Origin: Waterburya sp.
GTDB taxonomy: Bacteria > Cyanobacteriota > Cyanobacteriia > Cyanobacteriales > Xenococcaceae
Length of the DNA stretch: 64,000 bases
Direction of reading: 5' to 3'
NCBI GenBank assembly: GCA_965217895.1
Contig: CBDCJV010000002.1
Span: 320,001-384,000, forward strand
Positions within the stretch are counted from its first letter, which is position 1. Every line of letters starts with the position of its first letter. Position numbers and translations under genes: made by a program. The notes beneath the pieces were generated by a model, which was not told where the DNA came from, made no database searches, and worked only from the letters and a program-made list of their open reading frames with translations. Shown here one piece after another: positions 41,237-51,103 of this stretch.

Positions 41237-42913
41237 TTGCCTAACAACAGCAAGAACGATCCTCCCAATCTCATGATTAGCAAGAAGTTCTTAATAACTT
41301 TATTCGCCCTATTTACAGTTGTTACCGTTTGCATTACGCCTCCAGCCGTAGCGCAATTACCCTATATTCAAGATATAGCAGCTTATTCAAGGTTTTTACG
41401 CCAGGTACAGGAAAAGTCTTTTAATTCCGCCTGTATTCGTTTAGATGGACGCTGCTTATTTAAGGTATCTGCTACAGATTCTGAGCTTCTATCTGACAGA
41501 ATTGATGAGATTCAAAAACGCTTTGCAGAGGCAGCGACAAACTATTTAACTGATAACGGTAAACAGTCAGAAGTCATTGTCAAGCCAAATGGTAATTTAC
41601 AGGATATTTATCTTATTTTGGGCGACAAACAGGAGCGTTTATTTACCGTAACCAATTCTGATGCCACAGCCAATGATGTTAGCGTACCAATTAGAGCGCG
41701 ACAGCTAAGCTCAGAAATTGAGCAGGGTTTGGAGATAGCAAAAAAAGAGCGATCGCCCCAATATCTCCGCAAGAAACTGATCATCGGCTTATTAATCCTT
41801 GCCTTTATCTGGATCGGTAATTTTCCCTTGGCCTCAGAAATTAGAAAAATGCGTAAGTTAGCACGGAAGCTAGCACCAAAAGCCTTTTCTAAAACATTAC
41901 CCTTGGCAACTCAGCTAGCGCAGCGTCAAAAATGGAATATAACCGAAATTCAATTTCGCTTATTGCAGCTAGTTCAAGTGGCACTTTGGGGTGGCGGAAC
42001 TTTATATATTTTAAATTTATTTCCCCAAACGCGAATTGCTGCTTTTTTGCTAATTGCTGCTTTAAGAATTCCTTTGCGCATTGGTCTGATTGTCTTGGCT
42101 ACTTATATTTTGATCCGTCTTAGCTACTTTTTGATTGCCAAGCTAAGTGCAATTGCGATCGCCAGCCAATCTGCTGCCGTAACGGTTAATCAACGAGGCA
42201 AATTACGCATCAATACTACGACAAGAATTTTACGCAGTACTATAACTGTTCTTTGGTCAGTAATTGGCATCTTATTAGCCTTTTGGGTTAATGGAGTTAA
42301 CCTGGCACCAATTTTGGCTGGTGCGGGTATTTTGGGTTTAGGTCTATCTTTAGCCTCACAAAATCTGATTAAGGATGCAATCAACGGCTTTATTATTATT
42401 TGGGACGATCGCTATGCCGTAGGCGATATTGTAGATATTGGCGCAGTCAGCGGTTTAGTCGAAAATATTAATTTGCGAATCACTCAATTAAGGGATGCCG
42501 AAGGCAGGTTAATTACCGTGCCTAATAGTGTCGTTGAAGTTGTGGCAAATCGTTCTAGTCTTTGGTCTAGAGCCGATATTACTATCCCCGTAGCTTATCA
42601 AACCGATATCGATCGCGCCCTAGATGTAATCGAGCAAGTAGCCAAAGTTATGACTCAAAATCCTGATTGGCAGGAGCGCATTTGGGAGTTTCCGAATATT
42701 TTGGGCATAGAGCAATTTAGCGATCGCGGAATTTTAATTCGTGTCTGGATCAAAACTGAACCATTACAACAGTGGGATGTAGCTAGAGAGTTTCGCCGTC
42801 GGATCAAAATTGCCTTTGACCAAGCAGGAATACCCATACCCATTCCTCAACAGCAGATATTGTTTGATAAGAAAAAGATAATTAGTAATCAAGAGCAAAA
42901 TCTTAATAACTAA
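41237..42913 (+). CDS. MscS-family mechanosensitive channel (second paralogue)
   Basis: QNLIKD, YAVGD, GLVE, VPNS; start may be ATG 41273. Confidence 0.92.
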   Translation: MPNNSKNDPPNLMISKKFLITLFALFTVVTVCITPPAVAQLPYIQDIAAYSRFLRQVQEKSFNSACIRLDGRCLFKVSATDSELLSDRIDEIQKRFAEAATNYLTDNGKQSEVIVKPNGNLQDIYLILGDKQERLFTVTNSDATANDVSVPIRARQLSSEIEQGLEIAKKERSPQYLRKKLIIGLLILAFIWIGNFPLASEIRKMRKLARKLAPKAFSKTLPLATQLAQRQKWNITEIQFRLLQLVQVALWGGGTLYILNLFPQTRIAAFLLIAALRIPLRIGLIVLATYILIRLSYFLIAKLSAIAIASQSAAVTVNQRGKLRINTTTRILRSTITVLWSVIGILLAFWVNGVNLAPILAGAGILGLGLSLASQNLIKDAINGFIIIWDDRYAVGDIVDIGAVSGLVENINLRITQLRDAEGRLITVPNSVVEVVANRSSLWSRADITIPVAYQTDIDRALDVIEQVAKVMTQNPDWQERIWEFPNILGIEQFSDRGILIRVWIKTEPLQQWDVAREFRRRIKIAFDQAGIPIPIPQQQILFDKKKIISNQEQNLNN

Positions 42914-43011
42914 CAACCTATTACTTTTGATATACGTCAAACAATTATACTTTTGATAGAAGCAATGATTTTCAATCTTGTCTACAGTCGTATAAGACTA
43001 AAAGTAAGGAG

Positions 43012-43545
43012 ATGATAATGAAAAAACTAATTCAAATTATTAAAAACCTACCAATCAAGCAGATACTAACAGTATTTTTAGCAAGTTCTCTTGTATTTGT
43101 TAGCACTGCCTGTAATAAAGGAAATGTTGCTCAAGCAGAAGGTAAAGAGTATATACAAGCATCACAAACTAGGTCTGATACCTATGATGAATACGACGCT
43201 AACCAATCATTTAAAGGTGGCATGAATGGCTACAATGACGATCGCCGGTATGATGCTGGAACAGCAGCCAAAGCGAAAGAATTGGTTGATACTGCTAAAC
43301 GTCGCAAAGTAGACAATCTGGGCGAGTATGTAGATAATGTGGGAGAACGTTCACTACTTAATGAAGATGTCAATAAAAAAGCCACAAAAGCATTTTCTCG
43401 CAAATTAGAAAACAATAAAGATAAAGCCTTAGAGTACGTTGACGACAAATCTGACAAGCTAAAAAGAAACGTCAGTAACGCCCCTGATGAAGCCAAAAAA
43501 GTCTTTGAGGAAGCTAAAAATAACGCTAAAGATGCTTTAGATTAA
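43012..43545 (+). CDS. Hydrophilic helical lipoprotein
   Basis: Lipobox STAC; KGGMNGYND motif; K/E/D-rich. Confidence 0.75.
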   Translation: MIMKKLIQIIKNLPIKQILTVFLASSLVFVSTACNKGNVAQAEGKEYIQASQTRSDTYDEYDANQSFKGGMNGYNDDRRYDAGTAAKAKELVDTAKRRKVDNLGEYVDNVGERSLLNEDVNKKATKAFSRKLENNKDKALEYVDDKSDKLKRNVSNAPDEAKKVFEEAKNNAKDALD

Positions 43546-43603
43546 GTTTGCTAACTAAGGCGTGAGAATACTTGCGCCTTGTAGAGCGATCGCCCGTTAG
43601 CTT

Positions 43604-44098
43604 ATGACTAAATTTGATTACTCTTTAGATTTTGCTAATCTAAACTTTCGCGATCGCCCCGATCTTTATCAGGTAGGTAAGGGAGAGCAGGGAGTTTTAT
43701 TAGTAGAGCCATACAAATCAGAAATATTACCCAATTGGCGATTTAAAAATCCAGAGATAGCCACCAGCTCTAGCCAAAAAATATATCAAATGTTCTTAGA
43801 ATATTTAGAGCAGGATGATTTTGTTGGTGCAGACATGGCGCGTAAATTTCTGCAAATGGGCTATACCAGATCGAGACGCTATGCCAATCACAAAAGCGGT
43901 AAGAAATATCGTCGCAATCCTCAAAAAGCAGGCTCTCAAGCAGCAGAAAAAAAAGCTCGTAAAGAGATATTGCCCCTAGATATAGATCCTATAAAAGCTA
44001 AGTCAGCAGAAATTTTTAAAGCAAAGTGGCAAGAAGCAAAAGTAAATAGCAAATATCAACAGCTATTAGAGCAACACCAACGCCAAATACGCAAATAA
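43604..44098 (+). CDS. DUF4385-family protein
   Basis: GEQGVLLVEPYKSEILP, DMARKFLQMGYTRSRRYANH. Confidence 0.9.
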   Translation: MTKFDYSLDFANLNFRDRPDLYQVGKGEQGVLLVEPYKSEILPNWRFKNPEIATSSSQKIYQMFLEYLEQDDFVGADMARKFLQMGYTRSRRYANHKSGKKYRRNPQKAGSQAAEKKARKEILPLDIDPIKAKSAEIFKAKWQEAKVNSKYQQLLEQHQRQIRK

Positions 44099-44109
44099 CC
44101 AAGTTAAAA

Positions 44110-44328
44110 ATGGGACAAAAACAAATTAGAACAGGCTCTTCTGTTTCTTGGAATTGGGGTAATGGTACAGCAGAAGGAAAAGTAAAAGAGATTCACCATC
44201 AAGATATAACCAAGAAAATAAAGGGAAGTGAAATTACTCGTAACGGTACTGATGACAATCCTGCTTATTTAATTGAACAAGAAGACGGTACAAAGGTTTT
44301 GAAGCTTAGAAGCGAATTAAACAATTAA
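44110..44328 (+). CDS. DUF2945 / Hva1-TUDOR-like small protein
   Basis: VSWNWG...G, PAYLIEQEDG...LKLRSEL. Confidence 0.85.
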   Translation: MGQKQIRTGSSVSWNWGNGTAEGKVKEIHHQDITKKIKGSEITRNGTDDNPAYLIEQEDGTKVLKLRSELNN

Positions 44329-44458
44329 CAGTTACCTTTTTTTCCTTATCCTTCATCCCTTCTTCCTGATCCCTTAAATTATCTCTCTTTAGCTAGATGC
44401 GATCGCAACTATAAAATAGCAAAATCAGGGCAAGATAAATGATTTTTTATTTTTATAG

Positions 44459-45349
44459 ATGCAAATACGAATCAAACCAGTATTCAAGCTTTTTAAACAG
44501 GCGTTTGTAGAATGGCAAGAAGATAAGGTTACACTTTTGGCTGCTGCTTTGGCTTACTATACAGTTTTTTCTATTACACCTCTTTTGGTAATTGCGATCG
44601 CAATTGCTGGTGCTGTTTTTGGTCAAGATGCCGCTAGAGGGGAAATTATTGGACAAATTAATAGCTTAGTTGGGAAACAAGGCGCACAGGTAATTGAAAC
44701 AGGTTTGGCTAATGCCGATCAGCCTAAGATAAGCGGTATTGCCTCAATTATCAGTGTTATTGTCTTACTCGTTGGCGCATCAGGTGTGTTTGCTCAGCTA
44801 CAGGAAGCCTTGAATACCGTATGGGACGTTAAAGCCAAACCCAAAAAGGCAAAGGCTAGCATCTGGGAATTTATTCGCAAACGTCTGCTGTCTTTTGGAA
44901 TGGTGTTAGCTATTGGTTTTTTACTTCTTGTGTCTCTCGTCACTAGTGCTATGCTATCAGGCATTGGAAAACTACAAATCGATCTATTGCCTGGTTTCAC
45001 TCCCGTCTGGCAATTGCTTAATTTTGGGGTTTCCTTTGGCTTCATCTCTTTACTGTTTGCCCTAATATATAAATATCTGCCTGATGTCAAAATTCGCTGG
45101 AAAGACGTTTGGGTAGGAGCAACAATTACCGCCTTCTTATTTACTATTGGTAAATTTTTAATTGGTCTATATTTAGGTCAAGGCAGTTTAGGCTCGACCT
45201 ATGGTGCTGCGGGTTCTTTAATCGTTTTTCTGGCTTGGGTGTTTTACTCGGCTCAAATTCTTTTGTTTGGAGCAGAATTTACCCAGGTTTATGCTCGTAA
45301 ATATGGTCAAAAAATTCGCCCCGATAGTCACGCGGAATTAATTGATTAA
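44459..45349 (+). CDS. YihY/BrkB-family membrane protein
   Basis: AAALAYY, ALNTVW, STYGAAGS, LLFGAE. Confidence 0.93.
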   Translation: MQIRIKPVFKLFKQAFVEWQEDKVTLLAAALAYYTVFSITPLLVIAIAIAGAVFGQDAARGEIIGQINSLVGKQGAQVIETGLANADQPKISGIASIISVIVLLVGASGVFAQLQEALNTVWDVKAKPKKAKASIWEFIRKRLLSFGMVLAIGFLLLVSLVTSAMLSGIGKLQIDLLPGFTPVWQLLNFGVSFGFISLLFALIYKYLPDVKIRWKDVWVGATITAFLFTIGKFLIGLYLGQGSLGSTYGAAGSLIVFLAWVFYSAQILLFGAEFTQVYARKYGQKIRPDSHAELID

Positions 45350-45385
45350 ACAATGAACAATTATCAATTATCAATATAAGTTCAA

Positions 45386-47479
45386 ATGCTTTCTGGTCAA
45401 TCCACAATTTTAATAGTCGATGACTCTGCTGAAGATCGCTCAGTTTGTCGTCGCTATCTAAATCAAGAAAACTTGTCTACATATAATATTTTTGAGGCTG
45501 AATCTGGCGAAGAAGGCTTATCGTTTTTAGCATCGATGCAGCCAGATTTGATTTTGCTCGGTTATCTCCTGCCAGATTTTGATGGTTTAGAATTTTTAGC
45601 CAGATCGAAACGACAATCAGAAGCAATTCCCCCAATTATTATGATTACTGGAGAGGGGAATGAAATGGTTGCAGTAGAAGCGATGAAAAACGGTGTAAAA
45701 GATTACTTAGTTAAAGACCAATTAACTTCTAAAATTTTAACTACTTCAGTCCAAAAAGTTTTACAGCAGCATCATTTACAATCTTTACTGACCAAAAACA
45801 TAGAGAAACAGCAGTTAATTGCCGAAACTTCTTTACGCATTCGTCAAACTTTAGACATATCATCAATTCTCGATACCGCAGTCAAAGAAGTTCAGATCTT
45901 GCTCAATTGCGATCGCGTTGTAGTCTATCGTTTTGCCCCAGATCTGACTGGTAATATTGTTGCCGAGTCGGTTGTATCGGAACAGAAACCTGCTTTGGGG
46001 GCAAATATAATTGATACTTGTTTCCAAGAAAAAGGATTAGATAAATATGAACGAGGAGAAATATTAGCCACAAATGATGTATATAAAGCGGGCTTTTCTC
46101 AGTGTCATCTTGAATTACTAGAAGAATTTCAGGTCAAGGCAAATGTAATTGTGCCGATTTTACTTGCTCCTTCCCAGGTAAACAGATCTATCTGGGGCTT
46201 GTTGATTGCCCATCAGTGTAGCTATAGTCGTCATTGGCAAAAAGATGAAATTGAACTACTAGACAAATTGTCGGTACAGCTAGCGATCGCTATTCAACAG
46301 GCAGAGTTAATTGATAATCTGCAAAGTGAATTAAAAACCAGAAAGCAGCTAGAAACAGAGCTAGAACGATTAGTTCAGGTATTAGAAGCATCTCAAGACT
46401 ATATAGGGTTGGTCGATACAGCGGGTAAAGTTATCTGGAATAATCCCCAAATGAAGCGAATAAGAGGGATTACCGATGACCAAGATCCTGCTCACCTGTC
46501 TATTGTCAATTATTATCCTGATTGGGCATATAAGATCATTAGCGAAGAAGGAATTCCTGAAGCTATTGCCCAAGGTAGTTGGCTAGGAGAAACTGCAATT
46601 CTAGATCGAGAAGGGCAAGAAATACCCGTATCTCAGCTAATTCTGGCTCATAAATCTGCTGATGGCATTGAATATATTTCTACGGTAATGCGGGACTTAA
46701 CTAAGCAAAAGCAGACGGAAAAATCTTTACAGGAAAGGGTTCTAGAGCTAAATTGGGTCAACCAAGAACTGCTTAAAACTACAGCTTTATTAAAAAAACG
46801 CAACCAAGAATTAGATCATTTTGCCTACGTTACCTCTCACGATCTTAAAGCACCGTTACGCGCGATCGCCAATTTAGCTACTTGGCTAGGGGAAGATTTA
46901 GCAGGAGAAATACCCGAAGAAAATCAACAGCAACTTCAGCTAATGCAGTCTCGTGTCCAGCGTTTAGAAGGATTGATTCAAGGATTATTAGAGTATTCTC
47001 GTGTGGGGCGAAAAAATAACCTGATTGAAGCTATAGATGTGGGCAATTTAGTTAAAGAGGTAATTGATTCTTTGTCACCACCTCCAGAATTTAGCATATT
47101 TATCGCTGCTGATTTACCCACTATAAAAACTGAAGTAGTATTACTGCAACAAGTATTTTCCAATTTAATTGATAATGCCATCAAATATCACCCTGAAAAA
47201 TCTGGCAAGATAACTATCTCCGCCCAGGATAAAGATGACTTTTATGAATTTGCCGTATCTGATAACGGAAAAGGTATAGATCCCCAATATCATGAGCGAA
47301 TCTTTACTATTTTTCAGACATTACAAGCCAGAGATACCTTTGAAAGTACAGGCATAGGCTTATCTATTATCAAAAAGATTGTCGAAAATCGAGGCGGTGT
47401 GGTGAGAGTTGAATCCAAACTGGGAGAGGGAGCTACTTTTTTCTTTACTTGGCGCAAACAAAGTCTTGACGGTGATTAA
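45386..47479 (+). CDS. REC-GAF-PAS histidine kinase with DXCF cyanobacteriochrome GAF
   Basis: DRVVVYRF, IDTCF, QCHL, WGLLIAHQC; HDLKAP H-box; DNGKG, GIGL. Confidence 0.9.
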   Translation: MLSGQSTILIVDDSAEDRSVCRRYLNQENLSTYNIFEAESGEEGLSFLASMQPDLILLGYLLPDFDGLEFLARSKRQSEAIPPIIMITGEGNEMVAVEAMKNGVKDYLVKDQLTSKILTTSVQKVLQQHHLQSLLTKNIEKQQLIAETSLRIRQTLDISSILDTAVKEVQILLNCDRVVVYRFAPDLTGNIVAESVVSEQKPALGANIIDTCFQEKGLDKYERGEILATNDVYKAGFSQCHLELLEEFQVKANVIVPILLAPSQVNRSIWGLLIAHQCSYSRHWQKDEIELLDKLSVQLAIAIQQAELIDNLQSELKTRKQLETELERLVQVLEASQDYIGLVDTAGKVIWNNPQMKRIRGITDDQDPAHLSIVNYYPDWAYKIISEEGIPEAIAQGSWLGETAILDREGQEIPVSQLILAHKSADGIEYISTVMRDLTKQKQTEKSLQERVLELNWVNQELLKTTALLKKRNQELDHFAYVTSHDLKAPLRAIANLATWLGEDLAGEIPEENQQQLQLMQSRVQRLEGLIQGLLEYSRVGRKNNLIEAIDVGNLVKEVIDSLSPPPEFSIFIAADLPTIKTEVVLLQQVFSNLIDNAIKYHPEKSGKITISAQDKDDFYEFAVSDNGKGIDPQYHERIFTIFQTLQARDTFESTGIGLSIIKKIVENRGGVVRVESKLGEGATFFFTWRKQSLDGD

Positions 47480-47542
47480 AATAAAGCGATCGCCTTTGTT
47501 TTGATTAATAGCGATCGCTTTACTTTGTTTGCTTTTACTTAT

Positions 47543-47704
47543 CTGATGTTACGCATTTATCGATCTGTGAAGACTGGGTAGTGGGGTAATTGGGTTAGTG
47601 GGGTGCTTGGGGTAGTTTGGCTTCACTATCTCCACCACTCCACCACTCCACTACTTCTCTATACTCCTTACTCACTACTCCATGACTTCATGCTGCGTAA
47701 TATC
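47543..47704. mobile_element. 162-bp MITE-like element
   Basis: Inverted repeats GATGTTACGCA / TGCGTAATATC; flanking direct repeat TTTTACTTAT at 47533-47542 and 47705-47714. Confidence 0.75.
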
Positions 47705-47726
47705 TTTTACTTATATTAAATTCCTG

Positions 47727-48557
47727 TTATACAGGAGTAGCGATCGCATGACCGACACACCAGTCTATTGTGTCGTACGAGTTTTCAGTTGCAGTGACTT
47801 TATAGCCCAAAGTCTGAAGAAAGGACTCTAATTCTTTATATTTGTGATCGTAAGTAGCGCGATCGCCATCATCAATTTCATAAATAATCGTAGGCTTGTA
47901 GGTTTTCATGGTTTCGGTCATCCCTTTTAATACGTCTAATTCTGCCCCTTCAACATCCACCTTGACAAAATTGGGTGGCTGAATCTGATTTTGAGCAATC
48001 AGATCGTCAATGGACACAATATCTACGGTTGCTTCTCCTGCCAAATCGGGTGGCGCATCGGCGGTAGCCAGGGCGTGTCCTCCTGAATATTGAGCTAATA
48101 GTAGCTGCCCTGACCCTGATGTGTGAGAGACAGCTTTTTCGATAACTTCGACCTGAGTAAAATTATTTAGTTGGGCATTGTGTCGTACGCTCTTAGCATT
48201 TCCTTTCCCAGGCTCAAAAGCATAGACTTTGCCAGTCTTGCCAACCAATTTGGCAGCAATAACCGTAAAAAAACCGACATTTGCGCCAATATCATAAAAA
48301 ACGTCTCCATCCTTTAGATGTTGGGCAAAAATATTTTGAATCGGTACTTCATAAGTTCCTAATGCCAATTCTGGACAAGATTCTCCAGTGTTAAATTTTA
48401 ATTTTTTGGCAATGCCGTTTCTGACGGTTACATCTCGCTGACGCAAACCTGCTGTAGCCAGACGATATCCTAATGAGCCAGGGTTAGATGCTGCTAGCTT
48501 TTCAAGTATGTTTACAGGAAATAAAGGTAAAGTGCGAAATATTGCTTGTTTAATCAT
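47727..48557 (-). CDS. FkbM-family methyltransferase
   Basis: YDIGANVG, AFEP, KVDVEGAE. Confidence 0.95.
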   Translation of the reverse strand: MIKQAIFRTLPLFPVNILEKLAASNPGSLGYRLATAGLRQRDVTVRNGIAKKLKFNTGESCPELALGTYEVPIQNIFAQHLKDGDVFYDIGANVGFFTVIAAKLVGKTGKVYAFEPGKGNAKSVRHNAQLNNFTQVEVIEKAVSHTSGSGQLLLAQYSGGHALATADAPPDLAGEATVDIVSIDDLIAQNQIQPPNFVKVDVEGAELDVLKGMTETMKTYKPTIIYEIDDGDRATYDHKYKELESFLQTLGYKVTATENSYDTIDWCVGHAIATPV

Positions 48558-48569
48558 GATTTTAAGAAG

Positions 48570-49376
48570 TTAAATAATAGTACGACGAAAAATTTCTTGT
48601 GTTTGAAAGAAACATTCTAGCCATTCTCCATTAGAGACATCTTGAAGAAGTCCCCAATTTGGATCATCAACTAAACGTTCCATTTGGGTTTGGTGTTGAG
48701 CTAGAGCAAGCTGTTTTTGAGCTTTAACTGGCTCAATTTCCACGCGGCAATTAAATTCTTTTAGTAGCTGCCAGCCTAAGCTAGCCTTAATACTAGCCTT
48801 AAAATATGCTATTTGAGAAGTGCGATCGCCCGATCTATTTGTCCAGGGAAAATGATGCCAGTACCAAACGGGATATTCATAAACAGTAATTTGGGGATAG
48901 TTTGCCAATGCCGCCAAGACTATGTTCGTGGTAGCCTTATGGTCTGGATGGGTTTCGCGAGCATAAGGTATAAATACCTGTTGAGGTTTGTCTTGTAAAA
49001 GTAATTGCTGAACTCGTTCGACTGCAATTGCTGTTTTCGGCTCTAGTTCTCCGTCACAAAAGCCAAAAAACAGCACATCGTCTGAGGATAATCCTAAGCA
49101 TTCAGCAGCTTTAATTGCTTCTTGTTGACGCAGCGTAATTAACTTATCTTCAGGGATAAAGCGATCGTGGGAACGACTACCATCAGTCATAAAAACCACC
49201 TTGACCTCTGCCCCAGCCTTCCGTTTGCGAATAATTGTGCCTCCACAGCCTAAAGTTTCATCATCCTGATGCGGAGAAAAAACGATTGCCGAGGCTGCCA
49301 ACTCTTTGTCAGGCAGGGGTTTTATTTGGTCAATTTGCTGGAGATAGCGATCGCGCAACTTCTTTCTCAGAGTCAT
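48570..49376 (-). CDS. PIG-L family deacetylase
   Basis: PHQDDE, TDG, HPDH. Confidence 0.93.
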   Translation of the reverse strand: MTLRKKLRDRYLQQIDQIKPLPDKELAASAIVFSPHQDDETLGCGGTIIRKRKAGAEVKVVFMTDGSRSHDRFIPEDKLITLRQQEAIKAAECLGLSSDDVLFFGFCDGELEPKTAIAVERVQQLLLQDKPQQVFIPYARETHPDHKATTNIVLAALANYPQITVYEYPVWYWHHFPWTNRSGDRTSQIAYFKASIKASLGWQLLKEFNCRVEIEPVKAQKQLALAQHQTQMERLVDDPNWGLLQDVSNGEWLECFFQTQEIFRRTII

Positions 49377-50649
49377 TTGCTGTAATACTTACCCCCATTG
49401 TTTCGTAATTAAAGACTAGGCTTTTGGCGATCTGTTCCCAAGTGTAATATTTCAAAACCCTCTTCCTGCCAGCTTCACCCATTTTTTTAGCCGTCTCTGG
49501 TTCGGAAATTATGGTTGTAATGGCATTGGCTAAAGCCTGGATATCTCCAGGGTCGGTCAACAAACCAGTTACGCCATCATTGACAATTTCTGTCATGCCA
49601 CCAATCTTGGTCGCCACTACTGGTGTTTGGGTCGCCATCGCCTCTACTAGGCTCATACCAAAAGCTTCGCTTAAGGATGGATTAATCACTACATCTGCTT
49701 GTTGGTAATAGGATAATACTTGTTCTTGAGCCAGAGAACCCGTAAAAATTATCTGGTCAGACAGATGAGGAGGAATTTTACTCTTGATGTATTCAAGGTA
49801 ATCAACACCATAATAAGGTTCTAGAGCCTGCACCTCTGGTTCAGGCTGTAGATCGAACAGCATTTCTTTAGAAACTATAATATGAGGTCCAATTATAGTT
49901 AGTAAAGCATTAGGATATGTAGCTGTTACTTCGATAAAAGCATCTATCAAATCGTGAATACCCTTTTCAGGCGAGATACGACCAACAAAAAGCATTTGTG
50001 GCGCATCTTGGCTATTTTCTAGACGAGATTTAGCGGCTGGAACAAAATAATTGGCATCAACTCCATTGTTAACCGTACGACAAATTCCCGCATATTCAGG
50101 AAAGCGAGCAGCAATTTTGCTAGTTATGTAGTCGCTACAGCTAATAACTAAGTCTAGCTTTGCCAGCCTTTTGGAGATCGCTTCTTGGTTCAGGCGATTG
50201 ACCCATTCACAATGAAGATGCAAAACTATTTTGGCATCGGGGTTATACTTGCGAACTATCGGCACAAACTGAGAATGATTGTGAATATGAATGATGTCAC
50301 TACCTTGTTGAGCGGCATCCTTGGCAACCTGCTTACCATAACCGTAATGAAACCAAGTAGAGGCAAAATAAGGTAGAGGCGAGTTAGCATTAAGCCTTTT
50401 GGCGATCGCTCTGGGTATTTTCAATAAACTATCGAGCCGACGAGAAATTCCTCTGTATTTTATTTTATTAGCAGCTAGGTTGGAATTTGATTCTTGAGGA
50501 GTATTTGACTTACTTTTATAGCCATAATAAGTCACCTGATAATACTCTATAAGACGACGACTAATTTGATAACTCCATATTCCTGTTGAATCGCTACCTT
50601 TAGGGGGAGCAGCTATTGTCCAAGGTTGGTTTACTAGAGACAATTTCAA
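49330..50649 (-). CDS. GT4-family glycosyltransferase
   Basis: NGVD, VGRISPEKG, EAFGMSLVEAM; TTG start. Confidence 0.93.
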   Translation of the reverse strand: MKLSLVNQPWTIAAPPKGSDSTGIWSYQISRRLIEYYQVTYYGYKSKSNTPQESNSNLAANKIKYRGISRRLDSLLKIPRAIAKRLNANSPLPYFASTWFHYGYGKQVAKDAAQQGSDIIHIHNHSQFVPIVRKYNPDAKIVLHLHCEWVNRLNQEAISKRLAKLDLVISCSDYITSKIAARFPEYAGICRTVNNGVDANYFVPAAKSRLENSQDAPQMLFVGRISPEKGIHDLIDAFIEVTATYPNALLTIIGPHIIVSKEMLFDLQPEPEVQALEPYYGVDYLEYIKSKIPPHLSDQIIFTGSLAQEQVLSYYQQADVVINPSLSEAFGMSLVEAMATQTPVVATKIGGMTEIVNDGVTGLLTDPGDIQALANAITTIISEPETAKKMGEAGRKRVLKYYTWEQIAKSLVFNYETMGVSITANDSEKEVARSLSPAN

Positions 50650-51103
50650 AACAATTATATCTCCTATCTAAGTAATAAGTAAAAGTAAGAATATCACGTT
50701 TTTTTTGGACTTGTAAATAAGTCTTTAGGAGTATCTAAATATATCTTTGGAAGTATCTAAAAAATATTAATAAGCAATTTTATTATTAGCTATTTATCAA
50801 TACAGATAGCTTGTTTATAAGTTTAACCCCAATCTCTTTGACTATCTTTATATTTATACAAGCTTTATATTTAACCCTTTTACTTGATGAAACTTTGATA
50901 GCCTCTTTATACAAGCTTTATATTTAGATATATTTAGAATTTTATATCTATGTAATATATTTATCTATAAAATATATTACTAAGCTAAAGCAATTTACAG
51001 AAAATAAAACTAACTTTAAAATAGATAATTAGTAATAATAGTAAGAAACTATCAAAAATTTCAGTTACTAGTATAATTATCTAACAGTCCCCGCCTTTAT
51101 AGT

